From contig CAXBGQ010000001.1 in assembly GCA_963975135.1 (NCBI GenBank), forward strand, positions 1 through 49,323: 49,323 bases of DNA, in the 5' to 3' direction. Within the stretch, counting starts at the first letter, position 1; every line of letters starts with the position of its first letter. This stretch comes from an uncultured Nioella sp. GTDB taxonomy: Bacteria > Pseudomonadota > Alphaproteobacteria > Rhodobacterales > Rhodobacteraceae. The position numbers were made by a program, and so were the translations under genes. The notes beneath the pieces were generated by a model. That model did no database searches. It worked only from the letters and a program-made list of their open reading frames with translations, and was not told the origin of the DNA. Below, piece after piece: positions 28,576-38,579 of this stretch.

Positions 28576-29345
28576 TCAGCTCATCCAGTTTCCGCCATCG
28601 ACATTGTAGGTCTGGGCCACGATGTAGCGGGCCTCGTCAGTGGCCAGAAACACAGCCATTCCGGTCAGATCCTCGGCCGTGCCCATGCGCCCGAAGGGGA
28701 CGGCATCGCCCACTTCGCGCTTTTTCTGGCCGGGGGCCTTGCCCTCGTATTTGGCGAAAAACGCGTCCACCCCGTCCCAATGTTCGCCATCGACCACACC
28801 GGGCGCGATGGCGTTCACGTTGATGCCATGTTCGATCAGGTTCAGCCCCGCCGATTGGGTCAGGCTGATCACCGCCGCTTTCGAGGCGCAGTAGACGGCG
28901 ACCAGAGCCTCGCCGCGCCGGCCCGCCTGCGACGCCATGTTGATGATCTTGCCGCCCTGGCCACGGGCAATCATGTGACGGGCCACGGCCTGCATGGTAA
29001 AAAGTGTGCCCGCCACGTTGATCGCGAACACCGCGTCATAATCGGCGCGGTCGATCTCGATCAGCGGGGCAGCTGAAAAAATCGCGGCGTTGTTGATCAG
29101 GATGTCGATATGGCCGAACTGGCCGATGGCGGCGTTTACACCCGCCTCGATACTGGCCTGATCGGTGACATCCATGCGCACCGCGATGGCCGTGTCGCCC
29201 AGGTTGCGCGCGGTCTCCGCGGCCCGCGCGGCGTCGATATCGGCAATCGCCACCCGCGCGCCTTCGCGGATATAGGCCTGGGCAAAGGCCCTGCCGATGC
29301 CGCGCGCGGCCCCGGTGATCAGGGCGGTTTTGCCAGTCAGACGGG

Positions 29346-29349
<4 letters not shown>
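28576..29349 (-). CDS. smoS: Sorbitol (L-iditol) 2-dehydrogenase, SDR
   Basis: [39 protein letters not shown]. Confidence 0.92.
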
Positions 29350-30353
<1,004 letters not shown>

Positions 30354-30366
30354 GATCCATGTTTCC

Positions 30367-31197
30367 TTATTTGACGGCGCCGAAGGTGAGGCCACGCACA
30401 AGTTGTTTCTGGCTGAACCAGCCCATGACCAGAATGGGCGCGATGGCCATGGTCGAGGCGGCCGAAAGCTTGGCGTAGAACAACCCTTCCGGGCTGGAAT
30501 AGCTGGCGATGAAGGCGGTCAACGGGGCCGCGTCCACGGTGGTCAGCGTCAGCGTCCAGAAGGCTTCGTTCCAGGCCAGGATGATATTGAGCAGGATGGT
30601 CGAGGCGATGCCCGGCAGCGCCATCGGCGTCAGCACATAGAGGATCTCTGATTTCAGCGTCGCGCCATCCATCCGCGCGGCCTCCAGGATCTCGCCCGGG
30701 ATCTCGCGGAAATAGGTGTAGAGCATCCAGACAATGATCGGCAGGTTGATCAGCGTCAGGATAAAGATCAGCGCCCCCTTGGTATCCAGCAACCCGGTCT
30801 GGATCAGGATCAGCCGGATCGGATAGAGCACACCGACCGCAGGCAGCATCTTGGTCGACAGCATCCACAGCAGGATATCCTTGGTGCGTTTGCCGGGCAC
30901 AAAGGCCATCGACCAGGCGGCGGGCACCGCGATCAGGATGCCAAGCGCGGTGGAGCCAACGGCGATGGCGATCGAGTTCCACAGGTAGCGCAGGTAATCC
31001 GAGCGTTCCTGCACGATGAAGTAGTTCTCCAGCGTCCAGTCAAAGCCCAGGAACATGGGCGGATCGGCAATGGCGTCCGCTTCGGTCTTGAAGCTGGTCA
31101 GGATCGTCCACAGGATCGGGAAAAAGATCAGCAGAGCGATGATCCAGGCCGCCGTCGAATAGGCCGCCTTGCGTCGGGTGGTGATTGCACGTGCCAT
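30367..31197 (-). CDS. smoG: Polyol ABC transporter permease
   Basis: EAA loop EAARMDGA, six TM segments, operon context. Confidence 0.88.
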   Translation of the reverse strand: MARAITTRRKAAYSTAAWIIALLIFFPILWTILTSFKTEADAIADPPMFLGFDWTLENYFIVQERSDYLRYLWNSIAIAVGSTALGILIAVPAAWSMAFVPGKRTKDILLWMLSTKMLPAVGVLYPIRLILIQTGLLDTKGALIFILTLINLPIIVWMLYTYFREIPGEILEAARMDGATLKSEILYVLTPMALPGIASTILLNIILAWNEAFWTLTLTTVDAAPLTAFIASYSSPEGLFYAKLSAASTMAIAPILVMGWFSQKQLVRGLTFGAVK

Positions 31198-31212
31198 CAG
31201 GTCGATCCCCCT

Positions 31213-32079
31213 TTAGTTATCCAGGTTCTTGCCGACGACGCGCATCAGCGCGAAGGCAATGATATTTGCCAGGATCACGGCGATGATGCCGCCGGCAGAT
31301 CCAAGCCCGACATTCTGGCTTTCGATCACGCGCTGATAGACCAGATAGGTCAGCGTCCGGGTGCCAAAGGCCCCGCCGGTGGTCACGAAAATCTCGGCGA
31401 AGATCGACAGCAGAAAGATCGTCTGGATCAGGATCACCACGGTGATGGCCCGGCTCATATGCGGCAAGATGATGTAGAAAAAGCGGCTGACGACGCCGGC
31501 ACCGTCCATTTCGGAGGCCTCCAGCTGTTCGCTGCTGAGCGATTGCACCGATGTCAGCAATATGAGCGTCGCAAAGGGCAACCACATCCAGCTGACGATC
31601 AGGATGATCGAAAAGAGCGGTAGTTGTGATAGCCAGTCTATCGGCTCCAGCCCCATGAATTGCCACAGATGCGCCAGCAATCCGTTGACCGGGTTCATGA
31701 ACATGTTCTTCCAGACCAGCGCCGCGACCGTGGGCATGACAAAGAAGGGCGCGATCACAAGGATGCGCACCGGACCCTGGCCCCAGATCGGCTGATCCAG
31801 CAACAGCGCCAGCAGGATGCCGCCAACGACGGTGATCAACAGGATGCCGCCAACCATCATCAGGGTGGTCAGCACGCTGTCCTGGAAGGAACTTGAGGTC
31901 AGGAACCGGGCGTAGTTGCCAAAGCCCTCGCCCCATTCGAACGTGCCGCGCAGCGGGCGGTAATCCATGAAGGAAAACCACAGCGTCAGCGTCAGGGGCA
32001 CCAGCATCCAGACCAGAAGAAGGAATACAGCCGGGGCCATCATCAGCCGGGCTGCGGATTTTGAATGCTGCGTTGCCAT
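31213..32079 (-). CDS. smoF: Polyol ABC transporter permease
   Basis: EASEMDGA loop, TM segments, operon context. Confidence 0.88.
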   Translation of the reverse strand: MATQHSKSAARLMMAPAVFLLLVWMLVPLTLTLWFSFMDYRPLRGTFEWGEGFGNYARFLTSSSFQDSVLTTLMMVGGILLITVVGGILLALLLDQPIWGQGPVRILVIAPFFVMPTVAALVWKNMFMNPVNGLLAHLWQFMGLEPIDWLSQLPLFSIILIVSWMWLPFATLILLTSVQSLSSEQLEASEMDGAGVVSRFFYIILPHMSRAITVVILIQTIFLLSIFAEIFVTTGGAFGTRTLTYLVYQRVIESQNVGLGSAGGIIAVILANIIAFALMRVVGKNLDN

Positions 32080-32198
32080 GACGTTTCCTTACATTTCCGT
32101 CCCGCACGGGGGCGCCCGTGCATCAGGACATGGGTTATGGGCTGCGGCCAGCGTAACAGGCCGAGACGGAAGACGTGAAATCAGAAGTAAAGAGGGGG

Positions 32199-32224
32199 TG
32201 GAGGGCGGAAGCTATCCGCCCTCC
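32199..32224 (-). other. Stable intercistronic hairpin after smoE (mRNA stabiliser or partial terminator)
   Basis: GGAGGGCGGA-agcta-TCCGCCCTCC perfect 10-bp stem. Confidence 0.6.
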
Positions 32225-32242
32225 GGGGAGAGGATCAGCCGA

Positions 32243-33562
32243 TCAGTAACCGGCTGCATCCATTTCTTCGACGGCAAGCTCCTGCGCCTGCTCCAGCGCT
32301 TCTTCGGCGCTCATCTGACCGGCAAGTGCCGCCGAGAAGATCTGACCGACCTGCGTGGCAAGGCCCGCAAATTCAGGGATCGCGACGAACTGGACACCGG
32401 TATAGGGGACCGGATCAACCGTCGGGCTGGTCGGATCGGCCGACAGGATCGATTGCAGGGTCATTTCCGCGAACGGTGCTGCATCCAGATAGGCCTGGTT
32501 TTCATAAAGCGAGGTCCGCGTGCCCGGAGGAACGTTGGCCCAACCTTCATTGGCCGCCACCAGCTCGACATAGTCGGGGCCAGTTGCCCAATTGATGAAG
32601 TCCATTGCCGCCTCGGGCGCATCCGACGAGGACGGAATTGCCAGCGACCAGGCCCAGAGCCAGTTACCGCGCGGGCCAAGGCCGTTATCGGGTGCCAGAG
32701 CAAAGCCAACCGAATCCGCAACGCTGCTGTCATTGGGGTTGGTCACGAAGGATGCCGCAACGGTGGCGTCGATCCACATGCCGCAACGACCGGTCTGGAA
32801 CAGCGCCAGGTTTTCGTTGAAGCCGTTATTGGCGGCACCCGGAGGACCGGCTTCGTTCATCAGGTCGAGATAGAAATTGAGCGTGTTGGCCCATTCCTCG
32901 CTGTCAAACTGCGGCGTCCAGTCTTCGTCGAACCAGCGTGCACCGAACGAGTTCGAGGCGGCCGTCAGGAAGGCCATGTTCTCGCCCCAGCCGGGCTTGC
33001 CGCGCAGGCAGACACCGTAGATGTCATTGTCGCGATCGGTCATGGCGACGGCGGCTTCGCGGATAAACTCCCAGGACGGGGCGTCGGGCATTTCCAGGCC
33101 GGCGGCTTCCATCAGGTCGGTGCGATACATCACCATCGAGCTTTCGCCGTAGAAGGGCGAAGCATAAAGGTTGCCGTCAACGGTCAGGCCGCCGCGCATT
33201 GCAGGCAGCAGATCGTCGATGTTGTAGCTTTCCGGCAGATCGTTCAACGAGGTCAGCCAGCCAAGCTCGCCCCAGATCGGAACCTCATAGGTGCCGATGG
33301 TGATGACGTCATACTGACCGCCACCCGTGGCGATATCGGTCGTCACGTTCTGGCGCAGAACGTTTTCCTCCAGCGTCACCCATTCCAGGGTGATGTCCGG
33401 ATAGGCTTCGTTGAAGGCGTCGGTCAGGCCCTGCATGCGGATCATGTCGCCATTGTTCACCGTGGCGATCGTGACCGTCGTGCCATGGCTGTCGGCCAGG
33501 GCGACCGTTGCCAGCATGGACAAAGAAGTGGCACCCAACAGGGCGCGGCGCAAACTTGTCAT
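32243..33562 (-). CDS. smoE: Polyol ABC transporter substrate-binding protein
   Basis: Signal peptide, TIATVNNGDM, LEENVLRQ..TTDIAT, PFYGESS, LRGKPGWGENMA; SD GGAGG. Confidence 0.92.
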   Translation of the reverse strand: MTSLRRALLGATSLSMLATVALADSHGTTVTIATVNNGDMIRMQGLTDAFNEAYPDITLEWVTLEENVLRQNVTTDIATGGGQYDVITIGTYEVPIWGELGWLTSLNDLPESYNIDDLLPAMRGGLTVDGNLYASPFYGESSMVMYRTDLMEAAGLEMPDAPSWEFIREAAVAMTDRDNDIYGVCLRGKPGWGENMAFLTAASNSFGARWFDEDWTPQFDSEEWANTLNFYLDLMNEAGPPGAANNGFNENLALFQTGRCGMWIDATVAASFVTNPNDSSVADSVGFALAPDNGLGPRGNWLWAWSLAIPSSSDAPEAAMDFINWATGPDYVELVAANEGWANVPPGTRTSLYENQAYLDAAPFAEMTLQSILSADPTSPTVDPVPYTGVQFVAIPEFAGLATQVGQIFSAALAGQMSAEEALEQAQELAVEEMDAAGY

Positions 33563-33586
33563 TATTTCCTCCCAAAAACCCAAAAA

Positions 33587-33641
33587 TGGGCAAATGCTAT
33601 TAGCGTGGGCAAATACTCACTTAAGGGTGACAAAAAGTCAA
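33587..33641 (-). promoter_or_regulatory. smoE promoter with two imperfect palindromic operators (probable SmoC sites)
   Basis: TGGGCAAATGCTAT (33587-33600) and TGGGCAAATACTCA (33606-33619). Minus-strand TTGACT-N17-GAGTAT, with the -10 inside the second site. Confidence 0.65.
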
Positions 33642-33706
33642 CCCCGTCGTTGCAACGGGCATACGCTCGGCATCAGAACATTGAGATTACAGAGGTTTTT
33701 AAGGCG

Positions 33707-34660
33707 TCATTCCGCCAATAACTGCTCGGCCATTGATTCGGAGGTGATCAGCCCGTTGATCAATTGCCCCCGCAAAGCGGCGCGGGTGGCCGCCAGTTTC
33801 GCAGGTCCGGTCGAGACCGCAATGACCAGTTTTCCATCCGCCGGGGCCAGCGGCGCGGAATTGACCCGGCGGCTGAAGGCACAGTCGATCAGTTGCCCGT
33901 CGCCGTCATAGACCCAGGATGTGATTTCGCCCACCGCACCGGCGCGGGTCAGTTCCTGCAATTCCTCGCCGGGCAGAAAGCCATCCACCAAGAGCGGCGC
34001 GGTGTCATCCATCTGCCCGACCCCGACCAGAGTCATATCGGCATTGCCGCAGAGCGCCATGGTGTTGCGCACCGATTCCTGACGTTGCAGAACGGCGCGT
34101 TCCTCGGGATCTCTGGACAAGACCGGCAACGGAAACGGATAATGCCGCGCGCCCACCCGTTCGGCCAGCCGGATGGTGGCGTTATAGGGCGTCGCGGCAC
34201 CATCGGCCATCATGTTGCCCAGCCGCGAGACCAGCCGATGTTGCGGGCAATCCATCTTTGGCACCTGTTCGACCGTCGCTTTCAACGCCCGCCCGGTGCC
34301 AAGTGCGATGACCTTGGCATCCTCGGATTTCAGCATCTCCTCGACCTCGGTCGCCGCCGCCGCCGCGACACCGGCCAGAAGATCGGGCGCATCGGGATCG
34401 GTGGGCACCACTTCGCACAGGCGCAACCCGAACCGGTCGGTCAGCGCCGCAGACAGGCGGATGCAATTTGCAATCGGGTGATCGAGCCGAAACTTGATCA
34501 ACCGCTCAGAGACCGCCAGCGACACCAGCCGCTGCGCCGATTGCCGTGACACGCCCAGTTTGCGGGCGATCTCGTCCTGCGTATTGCCGGCCACATAATA
34601 GAGCCACCCCGCGCGCGCGGCGTCATCCAGACGTGTGTTGTCCCCTGCTGCACGGGCCAT
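33707..34660 (-). CDS. smoC: SorC-family sugar-binding transcriptional regulator
   Basis: N-terminal HTH AARAGWLYY..G.TQDEIA.KLGVSRQ and a sugar-binding domain; adjacent to the smo operon. Confidence 0.88.
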   Translation of the reverse strand: MARAAGDNTRLDDAARAGWLYYVAGNTQDEIARKLGVSRQSAQRLVSLAVSERLIKFRLDHPIANCIRLSAALTDRFGLRLCEVVPTDPDAPDLLAGVAAAAATEVEEMLKSEDAKVIALGTGRALKATVEQVPKMDCPQHRLVSRLGNMMADGAATPYNATIRLAERVGARHYPFPLPVLSRDPEERAVLQRQESVRNTMALCGNADMTLVGVGQMDDTAPLLVDGFLPGEELQELTRAGAVGEITSWVYDGDGQLIDCAFSRRVNSAPLAPADGKLVIAVSTGPAKLAATRAALRGQLINGLITSESMAEQLLAE

Positions 34661-34666
34661 CGAGGC

Positions 34667-35335
34667 CTATCCTTTCCGTTTCAGTTGGGGGGCCATTTGA
34701 TAGAATTCTGTCCAGTTGTCAAAGACCGGCACGCCCGCGGGCGTCGCCAGTTCGCTTGCGGAAAAGCCCTGCATATGCGACCCGCCGATATAGCGCCAGA
34801 CCTCCATTCCGGCCGCACGCGCAGCCAGAATGCCGGCCATGCTGTCCTCGATGACCAGACAGTTTTCAGGGGAAACCGCCATTTTCGAGGCCGTGTGCAG
34901 AAACAGATCGGGGGCCGGTTTGCCGTTTTGGACCTCAGACGCGGTGAACACGTCTTTTCCGAAATATCCGTCCAACCCGGTGATCCGCAGGGTCCGCGCC
35001 ACGCGCGGCGGGCTGGAACTGGTGGCGACGCATCTGGGGCAATTCAGATGATCCAGAACATCGCCAAGACCGGGCGTGCGCGACAGCCCCTCGGCAAAGG
35101 CATCGACCAGTTTCGCGCGATACGCCGCCTCGAAATCCTGTGGCACATCCAGCTGAAACCTGGCCCGGATCTTGTCAGCCACTTTTGGAAAGCTCTGGCC
35201 GACGAAATTGCGAAAGATGTAGTCTTCATCCATTGTCAGGCCATAGGGGCGCAATTCCGCCGCCAGAACACGGGCGCTGATCACCTCGCTATCGGCCAGA
35301 ACACCGTCGCAATCAAATATAACCAGCTGAACCAT
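34667..35335 (-). CDS. HAD family hydrolase (sugar phosphatase-like)
   Basis: FDCDGVL.DSE, ATSS, GKPAPDLF, IEDS..GI. Confidence 0.9.
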   Translation of the reverse strand: MVQLVIFDCDGVLADSEVISARVLAAELRPYGLTMDEDYIFRNFVGQSFPKVADKIRARFQLDVPQDFEAAYRAKLVDAFAEGLSRTPGLGDVLDHLNCPRCVATSSSPPRVARTLRITGLDGYFGKDVFTASEVQNGKPAPDLFLHTASKMAVSPENCLVIEDSMAGILAARAAGMEVWRYIGGSHMQGFSASELATPAGVPVFDNWTEFYQMAPQLKRKG

Positions 35336-35461
35336 GCGCCTCGGAAATCCATAGATCTGTCATGCTCTCGGCGCTGAAGCTGTCAGATTATTCCGGGCTG
35401 GGCAACGGCGTGATTTTCGTCGAACAGAGCACGGGGCCAAAGCGGCCCCAGCTACGCGCCA

Positions 35462-36091
35462 CTACTGCGCCGACCCCAGCACCAGGTCGGCCACGGCGGA
35501 ATTTTCCGCCACCAGGTCGGCGTTGGGCAGGTCGTTTTCCGCACAGCGCCGCGTCGCCTCGGCGTGGCTCAGCCCGTGGCCCAACCATCGCGCCACAAGG
35601 CGATGCTCAAGCTCGGCACGTGGTTCCTCCAATCGCAGCGAAAACGACCAATACGCCCGAAGGTCACGCCAGGGCCGGGTGTTCAGAAGCAGGTAATTGC
35701 CCTCGAACACAACAAATTCAGTCTCTTCGGTCAGCGTAGCAGCGCCCGCGATCGCGCGGTCAAGAGCGCGGTCAAAAACCGGGTAGGCCACTGTCTCACC
35801 GGCCGCGATACGCCGCACCAGAGCCAGAAACCCACCCGCGTCGAAACTGTCAGGGCAACCTTTGCGATCCAGCAAGCCGCGCGCGGCGAGGATGCGATTG
35901 TCTAGGTGAAACCCGTCCATCGGGACGACCTGCGCGACCTTGCCCACATCGGCGAGGGCCGCGCAAAGGGCATCGGCCAGGGTCGATTTGCCCGATCCCG
36001 GCGGCCCGGCAATGGCGATCAGCTTGCGGGTTCCACCAAGCGCCATCAGGCGGGGGAGAACCGTGGCTTCAGATCCCGTCGATGCAGACAT
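35462..36091 (-). CDS. P-loop kinase of the pantothenate/uridine-kinase-like group (FrcK-like putative fructokinase)
   Basis: IAGPPGSGKST, VPMDGFHLDN, RKG.P..FD, EGNYLLL; start uncertain. Confidence 0.78.
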   Translation of the reverse strand: MSASTGSEATVLPRLMALGGTRKLIAIAGPPGSGKSTLADALCAALADVGKVAQVVPMDGFHLDNRILAARGLLDRKGCPDSFDAGGFLALVRRIAAGETVAYPVFDRALDRAIAGAATLTEETEFVVFEGNYLLLNTRPWRDLRAYWSFSLRLEEPRAELEHRLVARWLGHGLSHAEATRRCAENDLPNADLVAENSAVADLVLGSAQ

Positions 36092-37517
36092 ATTTGGTGT
36101 CCAGGTAATCCTCCAACCCCTGGCTGCCGCCTTCTTTGCCCATGCCGCTTTCCTTGACGCCGCCAAACGGGGCCTCGACGGTGGTAATCAGCCCCGAATT
36201 GATCCCGATCATGCCGTATTCCAGCCCCTCGTTCAGTCGGAAGGCGCGGCCCAGATCGGCGGTATAGGCATAGCAGGCAAGGCCAAACTCGGTATCATTG
36301 GCCATGGCGATGACCTCAGCCTCGGTGTCGAATTTGAACACCGGTGCGAGCGGCCCGAAGATCTCTTCCTTCGCGAACATCATCGCCTGAGTGGCACCGG
36401 TGACGATGGTGGGGGTAAAGAACGATCCGCCATTGCCATGCCGCGCGCCGCCGGTGGCAATCGTGGCACCTTTGGCGGTGGCGTCGGTGATGAATTCCTC
36501 GACCTTTTCGACCGCGGCGACATCGATCATCGGCCCCTGTTCGACGCCCTTTTCCATCCCGTTGCCGACCTTGAGCGCCTCGGTTTTCTCGATCAGCCGG
36601 GCGACGAAGGCGTCGTGGATACCGGCCTGCACATAGAGCCGGTTGGCACAAACGCAGGTTTGGCCCGCATTGCGGAACTTGGACGCCATGGCCCCATCCA
36701 CCGCCTTTTCCAGATCGGCGTCGTCGAACACGATGAAGGGCGCGTTGCCGCCCAGTTCCATCGAGACCTTCTTGACCGTGTCGGCCGATTGCCGGATCAG
36801 CGTCTTGCCCACCTCGGTCGAGCCGGTAAACGTCACCTTGCGCACCGCGGGGGCGTCCATCATCGCGCCCGCGATCTTGCGCGCCGACCCGGTAACGATA
36901 TTGACCACGCCCTTGGGAAATCCAGCCTCCTGCGCCAGCGCCGCCCATGCCAGCCCCGAATAGGGCGTCGCGGTCGCGGGTTTCGCCACCACGGTGCAGC
37001 CCACAGCCAAGGCCGGGCCCAGTTTGCGCGCCAGCATCGAGGACGGGAAATTCCACGGTGTGATCATGCCGACAACGCCCACCGGATGGTGGGAGACCAG
37101 AATGCGGCGGCCATTGACACCGGCGGGCACGATCTCGCCCTTGGCGCGGCGGGCCTCTTCGGCGAACCAGCGGATATATTGCGCGCCGATGGTGATCTCG
37201 CCCTTGGCTTCCGCCAGCGGCTTGCCCATCTCGACGGTCAGCAGCTCGGCCAGATCATCGGCATTATCCATCAGCGCGTCATGCAGGTTCCACAAAAGGC
37301 CGACGCGGGACATCAGGTCCATCGCGGCAAAGCCGGGGAACGCGGCTTGCGCGGCGGTGATCGCGCGGGTCGTTTCGGCCTCGCCCGCATTGGGAATGGT
37401 GCCGATTACGTCGCCCGTCGCCGGGTTCGTCACCTCGATGGTTTCACCGCTATCGGCCCCGACCCATGCGCCATCGATGAAATTGCCCGCGCGCAGCCAT
37501 GTCTTGAATCCGGTCAT
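36069..37517 (-). CDS. gabD: NAD(P)-dependent succinate-semialdehyde dehydrogenase
   Basis: ITPWNFP, FTGSTEVG, ELGGNAPF, FRNAGQTCVC, EEIFGP, APFGGVKESG. Confidence 0.85.
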   Translation of the reverse strand: MTGFKTWLRAGNFIDGAWVGADSGETIEVTNPATGDVIGTIPNAGEAETTRAITAAQAAFPGFAAMDLMSRVGLLWNLHDALMDNADDLAELLTVEMGKPLAEAKGEITIGAQYIRWFAEEARRAKGEIVPAGVNGRRILVSHHPVGVVGMITPWNFPSSMLARKLGPALAVGCTVVAKPATATPYSGLAWAALAQEAGFPKGVVNIVTGSARKIAGAMMDAPAVRKVTFTGSTEVGKTLIRQSADTVKKVSMELGGNAPFIVFDDADLEKAVDGAMASKFRNAGQTCVCANRLYVQAGIHDAFVARLIEKTEALKVGNGMEKGVEQGPMIDVAAVEKVEEFITDATAKGATIATGGARHGNGGSFFTPTIVTGATQAMMFAKEEIFGPLAPVFKFDTEAEVIAMANDTEFGLACYAYTADLGRAFRLNEGLEYGMIGINSGLITTVEAPFGGVKESGMGKEGGSQGLEDYLDTKYVCIDGI

Positions 37518-38506
37518 TCCAGTTCTCCCATCTTTCGGGCCACATCCAGCATTCGGCAGGAAAAGCCCCATTCATTGTCATACCAGCCAAAGACGCGCAG
37601 CATGCCGCCCTTGGAACGTTTAATCTCAGGCCCCGCCACGATCAGCGATTCCGGCCGTTGCCGCAGGTCTGACGACACCAGTGGCTTGTCGGTATAGCCA
37701 ATGACACCGCCCGATGAGGCCAGATGCGCGCGCACCTCCGCCGCCTGAGGCCTGTCGCGCAGGATCACCGCCAGATCGACGCAGGAGACCGAGGCCGAGG
37801 GCACGCGCACCGCCGATCCGGTAATCCGCCCCGCCAGAGCGGGCAGCACGACATCAACGAGGCTTTCGGCGCTGGTGGTTGTCGGCACCATCGACAGCGC
37901 GGCGGCGCGGCTGCGCGCGGGGCTGGCCATCGGCATATCCACCGTCGGCTGGCTCCCGGTATAGCAATGCACCGTCGTCATCAGGGCGGTTTCCAGCCCG
38001 TAAGCATCGTCCAGAACACGCGCCAGCGGGGCCAGCGCATTGGTGGTGCAGGAGGCATTGGACACGATCCGGTGCGCGGGCGTCAGGGCCGCGTCATTGG
38101 CCCCCAGCACCATGGTCAGATCGGCCTCCGGGCATGGGCCCGAGACAAGAACCCGCGCCGCGCCCGCCGCCAGACCCTGCTCTGCAATTGCGCGATCACT
38201 GGCGCGGCCTGTGCATTCCATCAGGATATCGACACCGCCGAGATCAAGCTGCGACAGATCGGGTTGTTGCGTGAACGCGATGCGGTGCCCGCCCGCGATC
38301 AGAGCGCCGGGTTCGGTTTCGACACCGCCCGGAAAGGGACCGAAAACGCTGTCATATTCAAAGAGGTAGGCGCAGGTTTCCAGTGGCGCGATATCGTTGA
38401 CGCCGACGATCTCAACTTCGGGCCAGGCATCGGATGTCGCCCAAGCGCGCAGCACCGACCGGCCGATGCGCCCGAACCCGTTGATGACAACCCTGACCCC
38501 GGCCAT
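37514..38506 (-). CDS. gap: Type I glyceraldehyde-3-phosphate dehydrogenase paralog
   Basis: INGFGRIGR, YDSVFG, NASCTTN, RVP and WYDNEWGFS motifs. Confidence 0.85.
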   Translation of the reverse strand: MAGVRVVINGFGRIGRSVLRAWATSDAWPEVEIVGVNDIAPLETCAYLFEYDSVFGPFPGGVETEPGALIAGGHRIAFTQQPDLSQLDLGGVDILMECTGRASDRAIAEQGLAAGAARVLVSGPCPEADLTMVLGANDAALTPAHRIVSNASCTTNALAPLARVLDDAYGLETALMTTVHCYTGSQPTVDMPMASPARSRAAALSMVPTTTSAESLVDVVLPALAGRITGSAVRVPSASVSCVDLAVILRDRPQAAEVRAHLASSGGVIGYTDKPLVSSDLRQRPESLIVAGPEIKRSKGGMLRVFGWYDNEWGFSCRMLDVARKMGELE

Positions 38507-38579
38507 GACCGCGCCCCTTGTGACAGAAGCCCGAGTGATGCACGGGCGCGCGGGCGGGTGCAACCCCCCGGGGTCTGGG

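Noticed and set aside
35357-35386. CTGTCAT...CTGTCAG as a Pho box before the HAD gene
   Set aside because: Spacing is 23 bp with no intermediate half-site, not the 11-bp repeat.
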